Positions 45,369-55,325 of a stretch of 64,000 bases of DNA are shown piece by piece. The notes below the pieces were generated by a model. It was not told where the DNA came from, did not search any database, and was given only the letters and a program-made list of their open reading frames with translations. The stretch is taken from assembly GCA_946620695.1 (NCBI GenBank), contig CAMONU010000006.1:17479-81478 (forward strand), in the 5' to 3' direction. Made by a program: the position numbers and the translations under genes. This stretch comes from an uncultured Lachnospiraceae bacterium. GTDB taxonomy: Bacteria > Bacillota > Clostridia > Lachnospirales > Lachnospiraceae. Position 1 is the stretch's first letter. Each line of letters starts with the position of its first letter.

Positions 45369-46007
45369 ATGAATGATGTAATCAAGGCTTTAGGAGAATA
45401 TGGCATCGTCCCGGTAGTCGTACTGAATGATGCGAAGGATGCGGAACCGCTGGCGAAGGCTCTGTGTGAAGGAGGCCTGAAGTGTGCTGAGGTTACCTTC
45501 CGTACGGCTGCTGCGGAGGAATCGATTAAAATCATGACTGAAAAGTTCCCTGAGATGCTCGTGGGCGCCGGAACCGTCCTTACCACAGAGCAGGTTGACC
45601 GCGCGGTTGCCGCAGGCGCAAAGTTCATCGTCAGCCCGGGCCTGAACCCGAAGGTCGTGAAGTACTGTGTAGAGAAAAATATACCTGTTTGCCCCGGCAC
45701 CTGCACGCCTTCCGAGATGGAGCAGGCCATGGATCTGGGTCTTGATGTCGTAAAGTTCTTCCCGGCAGAGCCGTCGGGCGGCGTCAAGTTCATCAAGGCT
45801 GTGGCGGCGCCTTATACGATGCTGAAGTTCATGCCGACGGGCGGCGTGAACGCGGCGAACGTCAGGGAGTATCTTGCCTATGACAAGATCCTCTGCTGCG
45901 GCGGAAGCTGGATGGTAAAGGGTTCCCTGATCGAGGCGGGTGAGTTCGACAAGATCGTGGAGATGACGAAGGAAGCGGCAGCGATTGTAAAAGAAGTCAG
46001 AGGATAA
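45369..46007 (+). CDS. eda: KDPG/KHG aldolase
   Basis: EVTFRT, GAGTVL, FIVSPG, KFFPAE, MPTGGV. Confidence 0.95.
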   Translation: MNDVIKALGEYGIVPVVVLNDAKDAEPLAKALCEGGLKCAEVTFRTAAAEESIKIMTEKFPEMLVGAGTVLTTEQVDRAVAAGAKFIVSPGLNPKVVKYCVEKNIPVCPGTCTPSEMEQAMDLGLDVVKFFPAEPSGGVKFIKAVAAPYTMLKFMPTGGVNAANVREYLAYDKILCCGGSWMVKGSLIEAGEFDKIVEMTKEAAAIVKEVRG

Positions 46008-46055
46008 GAAAAGCTGCGGGCGGCTGCGGCTGCCCGGACCGGAAAGGACAGGAAG

Positions 46056-47153
46056 ATGAATCTGAATTTAAGACCAGAAAATGAATGCAGGTATGACGCT
46101 GTTTCGCTGGGCGAGGTTATGCTCCGCCTGGATCCGGGCGAGGGAAGAATCCGCACGGCCAGATCCTTCCGCGCATGGGAAGGCGGCGGAGAGTACAATG
46201 TGGTCAGAGGACTGCGCAGATGCTTCGGCATGAAGACCGCGGTCATCACCGCTTTTGCTGACAATGAAGTCGGCAGGCTGATGGAAGACTTCATTCTCCA
46301 GGGTGGCGTGGATACATCCCTGATCAAGTGGATGAAGACCGACGGAATCGGCCGCGTATGCAGAAACGGTCTGAACTTTACAGAGCGCGGCTTTGGAATC
46401 CGCGGCGCGGTCGGCTGCTCTGACCGTGCGAATACGGCTATCTCCAAGGCTAAGCCGGAAGATTTTGATTTCGACTACATTTTCGGTGAGCTTGGCGCAA
46501 GATGGCTTCACACAGGCGGAATCTATGCCGCTCTGTCCGAGCAGTCCTGCGAGACGATCATCGCTGCGATCAAGACCGCTAAAAAATATGGCACGGTTGT
46601 ATCCTACGATCTGAATTACAGACCTTCCATGTGGAGCGCAATCGGCGGTCTTGACAAGTGCAGGGAAGTCAATAAGGAGATCGCCCCGTATGTCGACGTT
46701 ATGATCGGGAATGAGGAGGATTTCACAGCCTGCCTCGGCTTCGAGATTGAAGGAAATGAAGAAGGCCTCAAGAAGCTGAACATCGACGGATACAAGAAGA
46801 TGATCAACGAGGCGGCCAGGACCTATCCGAACTTCAAGGCCGTGGCGACCACCCTCCGCACCGTTAAGACCGCCACAGTCAATGACTGGAAGGCAATCTG
46901 CTGGGCGGACGGCGAGATCTACAAGTCTCTTGAGTTCAACGGTCTGGAGATTCTTGACAGAGTCGGCGGCGGCGACTCCTTTGCGTCCGGCCTGGTATAC
47001 GGCCTGATGACAACGGGAGATGCCCAGACGGCAGTTAACTATGGCGCGGCCCATGGCGCTCTTGCCATGACCACGCCCGGCGATACCACCATGGCATCCA
47101 AAAAGGAAGTGGAAGCCATTATGGGCGGTGCGGGAGCGCGTGTTAATCGCTGA
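46056..47153 (+). CDS. kdgK: 2-keto-3-deoxygluconate kinase (PfkB family)
   Basis: LGEVMLRL, GGGEYNV, YDLNYR, DRVGGGDSF; follows eda. Confidence 0.9.
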   Translation: MNLNLRPENECRYDAVSLGEVMLRLDPGEGRIRTARSFRAWEGGGEYNVVRGLRRCFGMKTAVITAFADNEVGRLMEDFILQGGVDTSLIKWMKTDGIGRVCRNGLNFTERGFGIRGAVGCSDRANTAISKAKPEDFDFDYIFGELGARWLHTGGIYAALSEQSCETIIAAIKTAKKYGTVVSYDLNYRPSMWSAIGGLDKCREVNKEIAPYVDVMIGNEEDFTACLGFEIEGNEEGLKKLNIDGYKKMINEAARTYPNFKAVATTLRTVKTATVNDWKAICWADGEIYKSLEFNGLEILDRVGGGDSFASGLVYGLMTTGDAQTAVNYGAAHGALAMTTPGDTTMASKKEVEAIMGGAGARVNR

Positions 47154-47297
47154 GAACGCATTTTTTTGAAACGTTTTCGGCTTTTGCAGACGCTTATGAA
47201 ATAACAGAGCGGGCAGGGCCGGGAGCACAGATCTCCCGGCCCAGTTCTGTTCCGGAAGCAGGACTGGAAGGAACGAGGCACACAGGAGACATATTCT

Positions 47298-47427
47298 GCC
47301 CACGGCTGTGCATACTGCAGACGCGGCTGGGCCCACGGCTGTGTATATTGCAGACGCGGCTGGGCCCACGGCTGTGTATATTGCAGACGCGGCTGGGCTC
47401 ACGGCTGTGTATATTGCAGACGTGGCC
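47298..47427. repeat. Tandem repeat, 33-bp unit, 4 copies
   Basis: GCCCACGGCTGTGTATATTGCAGACGCGGCTGG at 47298, 47331, 47364, 47397. Confidence 0.92.
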
Positions 47428-47490
47428 GTAAAATAGTCCTTCGGGGCATTGAGCCATGGTACAACATTTGTTTTGGCAGGAGGAATCAGT

Positions 47491-47721
47491 ATGGGAAGAT
47501 GCTACAGATTGACGAAGACAATTACGCAGGAAGAAGGAGAGCGGGCGGTTAAAGAGATCACGGAGAAGCACAGTGAAGCCGAGGTTCAGATCTCCGTGGA
47601 TCAGTCGGAGCTGACAGTGCGGACAGAGGAAGAGAATTATTACAGAGTGCTGACGGATGCCCTGAATATCTTCGATCGGATCCGGCCCGGCTGTGAGCTG
47701 AGCTTTGTCAGGTTTTCCTGA
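47491..47721 (+). CDS. Small hypothetical protein (76 aa)
   Basis: AGGAGG RBS before ATG 47491; plausible mixed alpha/beta small domain; terminator downstream. Confidence 0.6.
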   Translation: MGRCYRLTKTITQEEGERAVKEITEKHSEAEVQISVDQSELTVRTEEENYYRVLTDALNIFDRIRPGCELSFVRFS

Positions 47722-47841
47722 GAAGACGCTGTTCTGTTTCCAGTGCATCAGTAGATCAGCGTTTCCCTGAGCAGATCGGGAGATACAGCGATCGTCAGCC
47801 TGTGACTTCAGAAAATGAGTGAATCAGCCTTTCTATGAAAG

Positions 47842-47880
47842 AACTGCCGCCTTATGATCCGGGATCAGGGCGGCAGTTTT
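47842..47880 (+). terminator. Intrinsic terminator
   Basis: AACTGCCGCC / GGCGGCAGTT stem plus TT. Confidence 0.65.
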
Positions 47881-47987
47881 CAGGAGGATATCCCTTTCTC
47901 CGGCAGCAAAGTTGCATTGCAATCGGATGCCATTTCTGCTAATATTAGTGAAGAAAAATATGCCTTTTATGACTGGAGGCGGCATTT

Positions 47988-48389
47988 ATGAATATTGGCT
48001 TCATAGCACACAGCAGCAGGAAAGATCTGATCGAGAATTTTTGTGTGGCATATAAATATATTCTGGCAAAGAATGAGCTTTTTGCGACTGAGATGACCGG
48101 CCGCAGGATCGAACAGGCGACCAATCTGAAGGTTCACAAGTTTCTCTCCGGGACAGTCGGGGGCGAAAAGCAGTTTGTGGATATGATTCAGCGCGGTTAT
48201 ATGGATCTGGTGATCTTTTTCTACAATCCCATCATGAACAGTCCGAATGAACCGGATATCATCGCCATCACAAGAGAGTGCGACCGATACAATATCCCGA
48301 TCGCGACGAATATAGCGACGGCGGAATCCATGGTGCTCGGCCTTGATCACGGGGATCTCGACTGGAGGAACAGTGTAAGGCCTGAGTGA
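47988..48389 (+). CDS. mgsA: Methylglyoxal synthase-like protein with altered catalytic motifs
   Basis: IGFIAH, ATEMTG, SGTVGGEKQ, EPD, NIPIATN fold motifs. Confidence 0.75.
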   Translation: MNIGFIAHSSRKDLIENFCVAYKYILAKNELFATEMTGRRIEQATNLKVHKFLSGTVGGEKQFVDMIQRGYMDLVIFFYNPIMNSPNEPDIIAITRECDRYNIPIATNIATAESMVLGLDHGDLDWRNSVRPE

Positions 48390-48438
48390 AGATAAGATTC
48401 TGCAGCTGCGTGATGACAGAAAGGAACTTACGGATCGA

Positions 48439-48990
48439 ATGAGAGTGATAGCAGGGAAGGCGGGCAGCCTTCCGCTTCGTACTGTGACCGGCCTGAATAC
48501 AAGGCCGACGACAGACCGGATCAAGGAAACTTTATTTAATATGATCGCGGACCAGCTTCCAGGCGGCAGGTTTCTGGACCTGTTTGCCGGCTCCGGTGCG
48601 ATCGGGATCGAGGCACTCAGCAGGGGGGCGGCCGCGGCTGTATTTGTCGAGAATAACCGGCAGGCCTTGCGCTGCATCCATGAAAACCTGAATTTTACCC
48701 GTCTTGCGCCGCAGGGGCGTGTCCTGGCCGGGGATGTCATCCAGACAGTTCAGGATATGAACGGGGAGAAGCCGTTTACCATCATCTTCATGGATCCGCC
48801 CTATGACTGTGAACTGGAGAAAAGAGTCCTGGAAGCGCTTCAGGGCAGCACACTGGTCGATGAGAATACCGTGATTATCGTGGAAGCATCGAAGGATACC
48901 GATTTTTCCTATCTGCAGGAGCTGGGATTTCAGCCTGTAAGGGTGAAGGAATACAAGACCAACAAGCATGTTTTCCTGAAGAAAGTCTGA
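48439..48990 (+). CDS. rsmD: 16S rRNA m2G966 methyltransferase
   Basis: MRVIAG, RPTTDRIKE, LDLFAGSG, EALSRG, FMDPPY. Confidence 0.95.
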   Translation: MRVIAGKAGSLPLRTVTGLNTRPTTDRIKETLFNMIADQLPGGRFLDLFAGSGAIGIEALSRGAAAAVFVENNRQALRCIHENLNFTRLAPQGRVLAGDVIQTVQDMNGEKPFTIIFMDPPYDCELEKRVLEALQGSTLVDENTVIIVEASKDTDFSYLQELGFQPVRVKEYKTNKHVFLKKV

Positions 48991-49110
48991 TGCAGGACTG
49001 CCGGAGGATGTCATCCGGGATGAATCAGCTTTTCCTGAAGAAGCCTGATGCAGGACTGCCGGAGGCTGACATCCGGTATAAATCAGCATTTTCCTGAATA
49101 AAGCCTGAAG
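48971..49110 (+). repeat. Tandem repeat, 59-bp unit, ~2.4 copies, starting in the rsmD 3' end
   Basis: TTTTCCTGAAGAAAG(T/C)CTGATGCAGGACTGCCGGAGG... at 48971, 49030 and partial 49089. Confidence 0.9.
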
Positions 49111-49171
49111 GTAAGTTATCAGAAGTCCGGATTCAGAAACAGCCGGCATTTCCCTCAAGAAAGTGTGACAC

Positions 49172-49660
49172 ATGAAAAGAGCCGTTTATCCGGGCAGCTT
49201 TGATCCGGTAACTTATGGACATCTCGACATCATAGCGCGATCGGCCGAGATTATGGATGAACTGGTTGTCGGAGTCCTGATCAATCAGGCAAAAACACCA
49301 TTGTTTTCTGTAGAAGAACGTGTTAATATGTTACATATTCTGACGAAAAATCTCAGTAATGTCCGGATTGAATCATTCTCCGGACTTTCTGTCGATTTCG
49401 CCAGGGAAGCCGGGGCCGGTTTTATCGTTCGCGGGCTCCGTGCGATCACGGATTTTGATTATGAACTGCAGATGTCCCAGACCAACCGGATCATGGCACC
49501 GGAGATCGATACGATCTTTCTTACGACGAGCCTGCAGTACGCCTATCTGAGTTCCACCACCGTCAGGGAGGTGGCTTCCTATGGCGGTGATATTTCGAAT
49601 TTTGTTCCGCCTGAGGTGGAAAAGGCGGTGATGAAAAAGTTCGGCTTCAGCAGACCCTGA
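49172..49660 (+). CDS. coaD: Phosphopantetheine adenylyltransferase
   Basis: [35 protein letters not shown]. Confidence 0.97.
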   Translation: MKRAVYPGSFDPVTYGHLDIIARSAEIMDELVVGVLINQAKTPLFSVEERVNMLHILTKNLSNVRIESFSGLSVDFAREAGAGFIVRGLRAITDFDYELQMSQTNRIMAPEIDTIFLTTSLQYAYLSSTTVREVASYGGDISNFVPPEVEKAVMKKFGFSRP

Positions 49661-49737
49661 GAGTGGAAGTATCGGACTTTGTTCCGCCCAAGGTGGAAAA
49701 GGCGGTAATGAAAAAGTTCGGCTTCGACAGACCCTGA
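49601..49737 (+). repeat. Duplication of the last 60 bp of coaD (77-bp period)
   Basis: TTTGTTCCGCC...GGTGGAAAAGGCGGT(G/A)ATGAAAAAGTTCGGCTTC...GACCCTGA at 49601 and 49678. Confidence 0.92.
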
Positions 49738-49954
49738 CAGGGCAGTTCTTCCTTCTGCCGGTATTCAGACCGGCGTCAGGCGGACAGGCCGGGCGATTCA
49801 TTTTGTATGTATACCCGCGGGCGATTGTGGCTTTCGCATACCGGTATGTACCGCGGTATATATACCTGCACAGCGCAGGATTAAGGGGAGAGCAAGTAGT
49901 TAAGCAGGGTGGCTGTCCGGGGGAGCGGACAGAAGAGTGAGGAGAGTGTGAGTT

Positions 49955-50572
49955 ATGGTTAGCCGAATTGAACAGATTATCGCAGAGATCGAGGAATATG
50001 TGGATGGCTGCAAGTTTCAGCCTCTTTCATCGACGAAGATCGTGGTGAATAAGGAAGAGCTTGAGGAGATGCTCCGTGAGCTCCGCATGAAGACGCCTGA
50101 TGAGATCAAAAGATATCAGAAGATCATTAGCAACAAGGATGCCATCCTTGCGGATGCGCAGGCCAAGGCGGACCAGATCGTTGCCGACGCGCAGGCCAAG
50201 GCGGACAAGATCGTCAGCGAGAGCGAAGTGATGCAGAAGGCTCTTGAGCAGTCGAACCGCCTGATCGAGCAGACCAATGCCCAGGCCCAGGAGATTATCG
50301 ACAACGCGACGACTGATTCCAACAATATCCGTATGAGTGCTATCGCATACACGGATGAGATGCTGGATAATCTTGAGAAGATCATGGGTCATACTCTTGA
50401 TGCGGCCGGCTCCAGATATAACAGCTTTATCAATTCGATCCAGTCCTGCTATGATATCGTGACCAAGAACCGCAGAGAGCTCTCCCCGCAGATTGCTCCG
50501 AGCAGTTATACAACAGCTCCGGAAGAACCGGCAGCAGCCGAGGAAGAGGCAGCGGAGCCGGAGGAGAACTGA
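49955..50572 (+). CDS. Conserved clostridial coiled-coil protein (DivIVA/ATPase-subunit-like) downstream of coaD
   Basis: Heptad-rich ADAQAKAD repeats; family recognised from its position after coaD. Confidence 0.7.
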   Translation: MVSRIEQIIAEIEEYVDGCKFQPLSSTKIVVNKEELEEMLRELRMKTPDEIKRYQKIISNKDAILADAQAKADQIVADAQAKADKIVSESEVMQKALEQSNRLIEQTNAQAQEIIDNATTDSNNIRMSAIAYTDEMLDNLEKIMGHTLDAAGSRYNSFINSIQSCYDIVTKNRRELSPQIAPSSYTTAPEEPAAAEEEAAEPEEN

Positions 50573-50602
50573 TTTTTTATTAAAGTTTGAAAGCTGAATT
50601 TC

Positions 50603-50640
50603 GGGCCTGGAGATAGGCAGTATCTTCAGGCTCTTTCTTT
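50603..50640 (+). terminator. Intrinsic terminator
   Basis: GGGCCTGGAGATA / TATCTTCAGGCTC stem plus TTTCTTT. Confidence 0.65.
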
Positions 50641-50680
50641 ATGCAGGCGGGATGAACGCCGGATGCAGATGGAGGCAGGG

Positions 50681-51547
50681 ATGGCACAGGTGAGGCTGGA
50701 CCGTTTTCTGGCGGAGGAAGGCGTCGGAACGAGGTCGGAAGTGAAAAAACTGATCCGTTCCGGACGTGTCCGGGTCAACGGGGCCGATGTCCGGCAGCCG
50801 GACTGCAAGCTTGATCCGGAGAAGGACAGCGTCGAGGCAGATGGAAAGAAGATCGGACAGACAGGATTTCTTTACCTGATGATGAACAAGCCCGGCGGGG
50901 TTCTGAGCGCTACCAGGGACGGACGCACGCAGACCGTGATCAATCTGGTAAAAGAGTCCTGGGCGGATAAGCTTTTTCCCGCGGGCAGGCTGGACAAGGA
51001 CACGGAAGGCTTTGTCCTGCTGACCAACGACGGGATGCTTGCCCACAGACTCCTGTCCCCCCGAAGGCATGTATCCAAGACTTATTTTGCGATTGTGAGC
51101 GGTTTTGTGACCGAGGATGACGTCCGCCTGTTCCGGGAAGGCCTGGAGATCGGGGAGAAGCGGAAGACGCTCCCTGCCCAGCTGGTCCGGCTGACGGTTG
51201 ACGGGGATTTTCTTGAAGAAAAGATCCACCATCCTGGCGTACAGGAAGTTAAAAATCCCGACGCGCCGCTGCTTGTGAGCAGGGCTCAGATGCAGGAATT
51301 CTGTATGCGGGGCATCGCCCTGTCGGACTATGCCCGCTGCGGGGAAGGGGAATGCTGCGTGGCCGTAGCGGTCACGGAAGGTAAATTCCACCAGATCAAG
51401 CGCATGTTTGAGGCAGTGGGACGTGAGGTCCGTTTCCTCAAGAGGATCGCGATCGGGACAGTGTGCCTGGACAGAAGCCTCGGGAGCGGGCAGTACCGGC
51501 CCTTAACGGAGGAGGAACTGAACCTTCTCAGGAATACGGAAGCATAA
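50681..51547 (+). CDS. RsuA-family rRNA pseudouridine synthase with S4 domain
   Basis: RLDRFL, NKPGG, AGRLDKDTEG, EGKFHQIKRM; GGAGG RBS before ATG 50681. Confidence 0.92.
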   Translation: MAQVRLDRFLAEEGVGTRSEVKKLIRSGRVRVNGADVRQPDCKLDPEKDSVEADGKKIGQTGFLYLMMNKPGGVLSATRDGRTQTVINLVKESWADKLFPAGRLDKDTEGFVLLTNDGMLAHRLLSPRRHVSKTYFAIVSGFVTEDDVRLFREGLEIGEKRKTLPAQLVRLTVDGDFLEEKIHHPGVQEVKNPDAPLLVSRAQMQEFCMRGIALSDYARCGEGECCVAVAVTEGKFHQIKRMFEAVGREVRFLKRIAIGTVCLDRSLGSGQYRPLTEEELNLLRNTEA

Positions 51548-51643
51548 TAGATGCGGCAGCATAATGGGTCTGGCGGCATAATGGATCCGGCAGCAAGATG
51601 GGTCCGGCGGCATAATGAATCCGGAAGCATAATGGGTCCGGCA
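51542..51643 (+). repeat. Tandem repeat, 17-bp unit, 6 copies, first unit containing the upstream stop codon
   Basis: GCATAATGGGTCCGGCA-like units at 51542, 51559, 51576, 51593, 51610, 51627. Confidence 0.9.
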
Positions 51644-51671
51644 GACAGGCGGCGAAGGGAGCATACAGCGG

Positions 51672-52316
51672 ATGTGGAGAGAGAAAAAAGGAGCCATCTT
51701 TGACATGGACGGCACCCTGATGGATTCCATGTGGATGTGGAAAGACATCGATATTGAATACCTGAACCGGTTCGGTATTGAACTGCCTCCGGATCTTCAG
51801 CACAAAATCGAGGGGATGAGCCTGCCGGAGACTGCTGTTTACTTTCAGAAGCGCTTCGGAATCAGGGATTCTGTCGAGAAGATGGAGAGTGACTGGAACC
51901 AGATGGCCATGGAATTCTACCAGACCCGGGTAGAGCTGAAAAAAGGCGCGCGGGAACTTCTGGACGCCATGAAGGCGCGCGGCATGAAGCTGGGCATCGC
52001 GACCAGCAATTCCCTTCCCCTGACCAGGGCAGCCCTTTGCGCGAACGGGGTCGAGGATATGTTTGACACCGTCCGGTCCGCGGCGGAGGTTGCCCACGGC
52101 AAGCCTTCCCCGGATATCTACCTCTCCGTCGCGCAGGAGTGGGAGATGAGGGCGGAGGATCTCATCGTCTTTGAGGATATTCCCATGGGAGCCCTTGCCG
52201 GGAAGAGAGCCGGCATGGAGGTGGTCGCCGTGGAGGATCCCTGGGCAGCGTCCAGGAGAGAGGAACTGAAGACGATCGCCGATTACTATATTCATGATTT
52301 CACAGAACTGATCTGA
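51672..52316 (+). CDS. HAD family phosphatase
   Basis: FDMDGTL, ATSN, GKPSPD, VFED motifs. Confidence 0.92.
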   Translation: MWREKKGAIFDMDGTLMDSMWMWKDIDIEYLNRFGIELPPDLQHKIEGMSLPETAVYFQKRFGIRDSVEKMESDWNQMAMEFYQTRVELKKGARELLDAMKARGMKLGIATSNSLPLTRAALCANGVEDMFDTVRSAAEVAHGKPSPDIYLSVAQEWEMRAEDLIVFEDIPMGALAGKRAGMEVVAVEDPWAASRREELKTIADYYIHDFTELI

Positions 52317-52387
52317 AAACAGAGCGCGGCCGGACCGGACGAAGTCACGGCGCGCGGTGCAGTCTGTAAGCCCACAGGGGGATTCTG

Positions 52388-54466
52388 ATGCAGAAGAAAA
52401 ATGATGTCAGGCCGGGCAGGGAATGTTTTCTTCCTGTCTCCGGGGAGGATCTGAGAGAACGCGGGATCAGCCGGCTGGACTTTGTCTATGTGATCGGCGA
52501 CGCCTATGTGGATCATCCTTCCTTCGGGCCTGCGATCATCTCAAGGCTCCTTGAGGCGCACGGCTATTCTGTCGGCATCATAGCCCAGCCTGACTGGAAG
52601 GATTCATCCAGCGTGACGATCCTCGGTGAGCCCCGGCTGGCTTTCCTGGTATCCGCAGGAAATATGGATTCCATGGTAAATCATTACTCTGTTTCCCGCA
52701 GGCGCAGAAAGACGGACGCCTATACGCCGGGCGGTGAGATGGGGCGCAGGCCGGACCGTGCCGCCATGGTTTACTGCAACCTGATCCGCTCTGTCTACCG
52801 CCGTACGCCGATCATCGCGGGCGGAATCGAGGCTTCCCTGCGCAGGCTGGCGCATTATGATTACTGGAGCGATTCCCTGAGAAGGTCCCTGCTGATGGAT
52901 TCCGGAGCGGACCTGATCTCCTACGGGATGGGTGAACATTCGATCGTAGAAATCGCGGACGCCCTCGCGGCCGGGATTGATGTGCGCGATATCACCTTTA
53001 TCGCGGGAACCTGCTATAAGACGAAAGATCTGTCCGCTCTGAGCGACTATGAACTGCTGCCTTCCTATGAGGAGCTGACAGACGAGGCACCGTCGAAGAT
53101 CCGGGTCCCGGACTGGACGGACGGGGGACTGAGAAAGAACGGATCCCACCTGCTCCCGGCGGGCAGGTACAATTACGCGAAAAGTTTTTATACACAGTAT
53201 CTGAATACGGATCCTTATACAGCCCGCATTCTGGCTGAACCATACGGAACCGTATATGTGGTCCAGAATCCGCCGGCAAAACCGCTTACGCAGCAGGAGA
53301 TGGACGATGTCTACAGCCTGCCCTATGCCCGCGCATGGCATCCGGATTATGATGCCGCCGGAGGGATTCCCGCACTGGAGGAGGTCCGTTTTTCCCTCAT
53401 TTCCAACAGGGGCTGTTTTGGTGCCTGCAATTTCTGTGCCCTGACCTTTCATCAGGGGAGGATCATACAGACCCGGAGCGACGAATCCATCCTGAAAGAA
53501 GCGCAGCTGCTGACAGAGGATCCCGGATTCAAAGGATATATCCATGATGTGGGCGGGCCGACCGCGAATTTTCGTCAGCCCTCCTGCCGGAAGCAGCTCA
53601 CGAAGGGCGTGTGCAGGGACAGGCAGTGCCTTTTCCCAAAGCCCTGTCCGAACCTGACGGTCGACCACAGAAGCTATACGGAACTTCTGAAAAAGCTCAG
53701 GGCCCTTCCGGGCGTGAAAAAAGTATTTGTCCGTTCCGGCGTGCGCTTTGACTATGTGGCGGCAGACCCGGACGATGGATTTTTACGGGAACTTGTAAAA
53801 TATCATATTTCCGGGCAGCTGAAGGTGGCACCGGAGCATGTGTCCGACCGGGTCCTTTATATGCTTGGGAAGCCGGCTCACAGTGTCTATCTGAAGTTCA
53901 TGAAGCAGTATGAGCAGATGAACCGGGAATGCGGCATGGACCAGTATCTGGTGCCTTATCTCATGAGTTCCCATCCGGGCTGCACCATGAAGGAAGCGAT
54001 AGAGCTGGCGGAGTTTCTGAGGGACATCCACCATCAGCCGGAGCAGGTGCAGGATTTTTACCCCACGCCCTCCACAATCTCGACCTGTATGTACTATACG
54101 GGGCTGGATCCGAGGACCATGGAAGCGGTCTATGTGCCGCGCAATCCGCATGAGAAAGCCATGCAGCGGGCCCTCATGCAGTTCCGGTCCCCCGCCGGCA
54201 GGCCGCTTGTCCTGGAGGCGCTGAAGATGGCAGGCCGCACGGACCTGATCGGATACGGTCCCGCATGCCTGATCCGGCCAGACAACGGACATGGGGCTTC
54301 CCGCCCTGACAGAAGCGGGAAGGATGGGAAACGGACCGCTGACAGGCAGAAAAACAGATCGGGTGCTTCGCGTTCTGAGGAGAAGCGCACCCGGAATCAG
54401 AGGGAGAAAAAACAGCCGGGCGGGCAAAAAAAGAACAGCAGCTCCGGCCGGAGACACGGAGCCTGA
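52388..54466 (+). CDS. YgiQ family (UPF0313) radical SAM protein
   Basis: GDAYVDHPSFG, GGIEASLRR, RGCFGACNFC, QVQDFYPTP. Confidence 0.92.
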   Translation: MQKKNDVRPGRECFLPVSGEDLRERGISRLDFVYVIGDAYVDHPSFGPAIISRLLEAHGYSVGIIAQPDWKDSSSVTILGEPRLAFLVSAGNMDSMVNHYSVSRRRRKTDAYTPGGEMGRRPDRAAMVYCNLIRSVYRRTPIIAGGIEASLRRLAHYDYWSDSLRRSLLMDSGADLISYGMGEHSIVEIADALAAGIDVRDITFIAGTCYKTKDLSALSDYELLPSYEELTDEAPSKIRVPDWTDGGLRKNGSHLLPAGRYNYAKSFYTQYLNTDPYTARILAEPYGTVYVVQNPPAKPLTQQEMDDVYSLPYARAWHPDYDAAGGIPALEEVRFSLISNRGCFGACNFCALTFHQGRIIQTRSDESILKEAQLLTEDPGFKGYIHDVGGPTANFRQPSCRKQLTKGVCRDRQCLFPKPCPNLTVDHRSYTELLKKLRALPGVKKVFVRSGVRFDYVAADPDDGFLRELVKYHISGQLKVAPEHVSDRVLYMLGKPAHSVYLKFMKQYEQMNRECGMDQYLVPYLMSSHPGCTMKEAIELAEFLRDIHHQPEQVQDFYPTPSTISTCMYYTGLDPRTMEAVYVPRNPHEKAMQRALMQFRSPAGRPLVLEALKMAGRTDLIGYGPACLIRPDNGHGASRPDRSGKDGKRTADRQKNRSGASRSEEKRTRNQREKKQPGGQKKNSSSGRRHGA

Positions 54467-54483
54467 GCGCAGAGAGGTTGCGA

Positions 54484-55101
54484 ATGGAGAAAAAGAAACA
54501 CCCTGGAAAAGGGGAATACGGATATTACGCCTACGAGAAAAAGAAGCGCATCGGCATCGTATGCCTGCTGTTCGGTATCTGCCTGGGAATCTACATCACG
54601 GGTCTCATCATGACGCATACGAACAAGAACATGTTCTCTCTGGTTGCGATCCTGGGCGTGCTTCCGGCTGCAAAATGGGCGACCGAGATGATCATGATCC
54701 TGCTGCAGAAGAGCACAGATCCGGAGGTCTATGAGATTACGGAGAAGATCGCCGGCGATCTGACGCACGGCTATGAGCTGTGCGTTACGGCCTATGAGGG
54801 CAGGATGCCCCTTGACGCTGTAGTGATCTGCGGCAATTTTGTCGTATGCTATTCCAGCGCCGAGAAGGGGAAATTTGAGTTTATGGAGACCCATATGCGA
54901 AAAATTTTCCACGGCAACGGCCTCGGCAATCCTACTGTGAAGATTTTCCGCAGACTTGACCAGTATAAAGAGCGGATCAGCCAGCTGGCCGCTGACCCTG
55001 AAAAGTATCGCGAAGGGCTGAAATATACGCCGGATGAACAGCATGCGGGAGAAAGCCGCGAGGAAGCCCTTCTGAGGCTGATCTGCAACATCTCCCTCTG
55101 A
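54484..55101 (+). CDS. Hypothetical membrane protein (two N-terminal TM helices)
   Basis: KGEYGY, hydrophobic stretches, LPAAK; clean ORF in operon orientation. Confidence 0.7.
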   Translation: MEKKKHPGKGEYGYYAYEKKKRIGIVCLLFGICLGIYITGLIMTHTNKNMFSLVAILGVLPAAKWATEMIMILLQKSTDPEVYEITEKIAGDLTHGYELCVTAYEGRMPLDAVVICGNFVVCYSSAEKGKFEFMETHMRKIFHGNGLGNPTVKIFRRLDQYKERISQLAADPEKYREGLKYTPDEQHAGESREEALLRLICNISL

Positions 55102-55138
55102 AAAGCCCGAAGCCCGGAAGCGGCGTCGCCTGTGTGTG

Positions 55139-55265
55139 AAGGCCGCGAGTGTTATGACCGGGCTGCCGTGGCCCGGCGTGCCGCAGTGCTGCTCGTAAAG
55201 GCTGCGAGTGCTATTATCGGGCTGCCGGGACATACCGTACCGCGGCGCCCGTGCGCAAAGGCCAG
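55139..55265 (+). repeat. Degenerate tandem repeat, ~59-60-bp period
   Basis: AAGGC(C/T)GCGAGTG...CGGGCTGCCG at 55139 and 55198, partial third copy at 55258. Confidence 0.7.
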
Positions 55266-55325
55266 GAACTGGTTTAAGCCGGGCTTTCAAAGCTGCGTTT
55301 TTTAACAGAAAGGACATCTCATTCA

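Noticed and set aside
47298-47427. 33-bp repeats (also the 32-bp array at 58284 and the 40-bp array at 6719) as CRISPR arrays
   Set aside because: Units are directly adjacent with no unique spacers, and there are no cas genes
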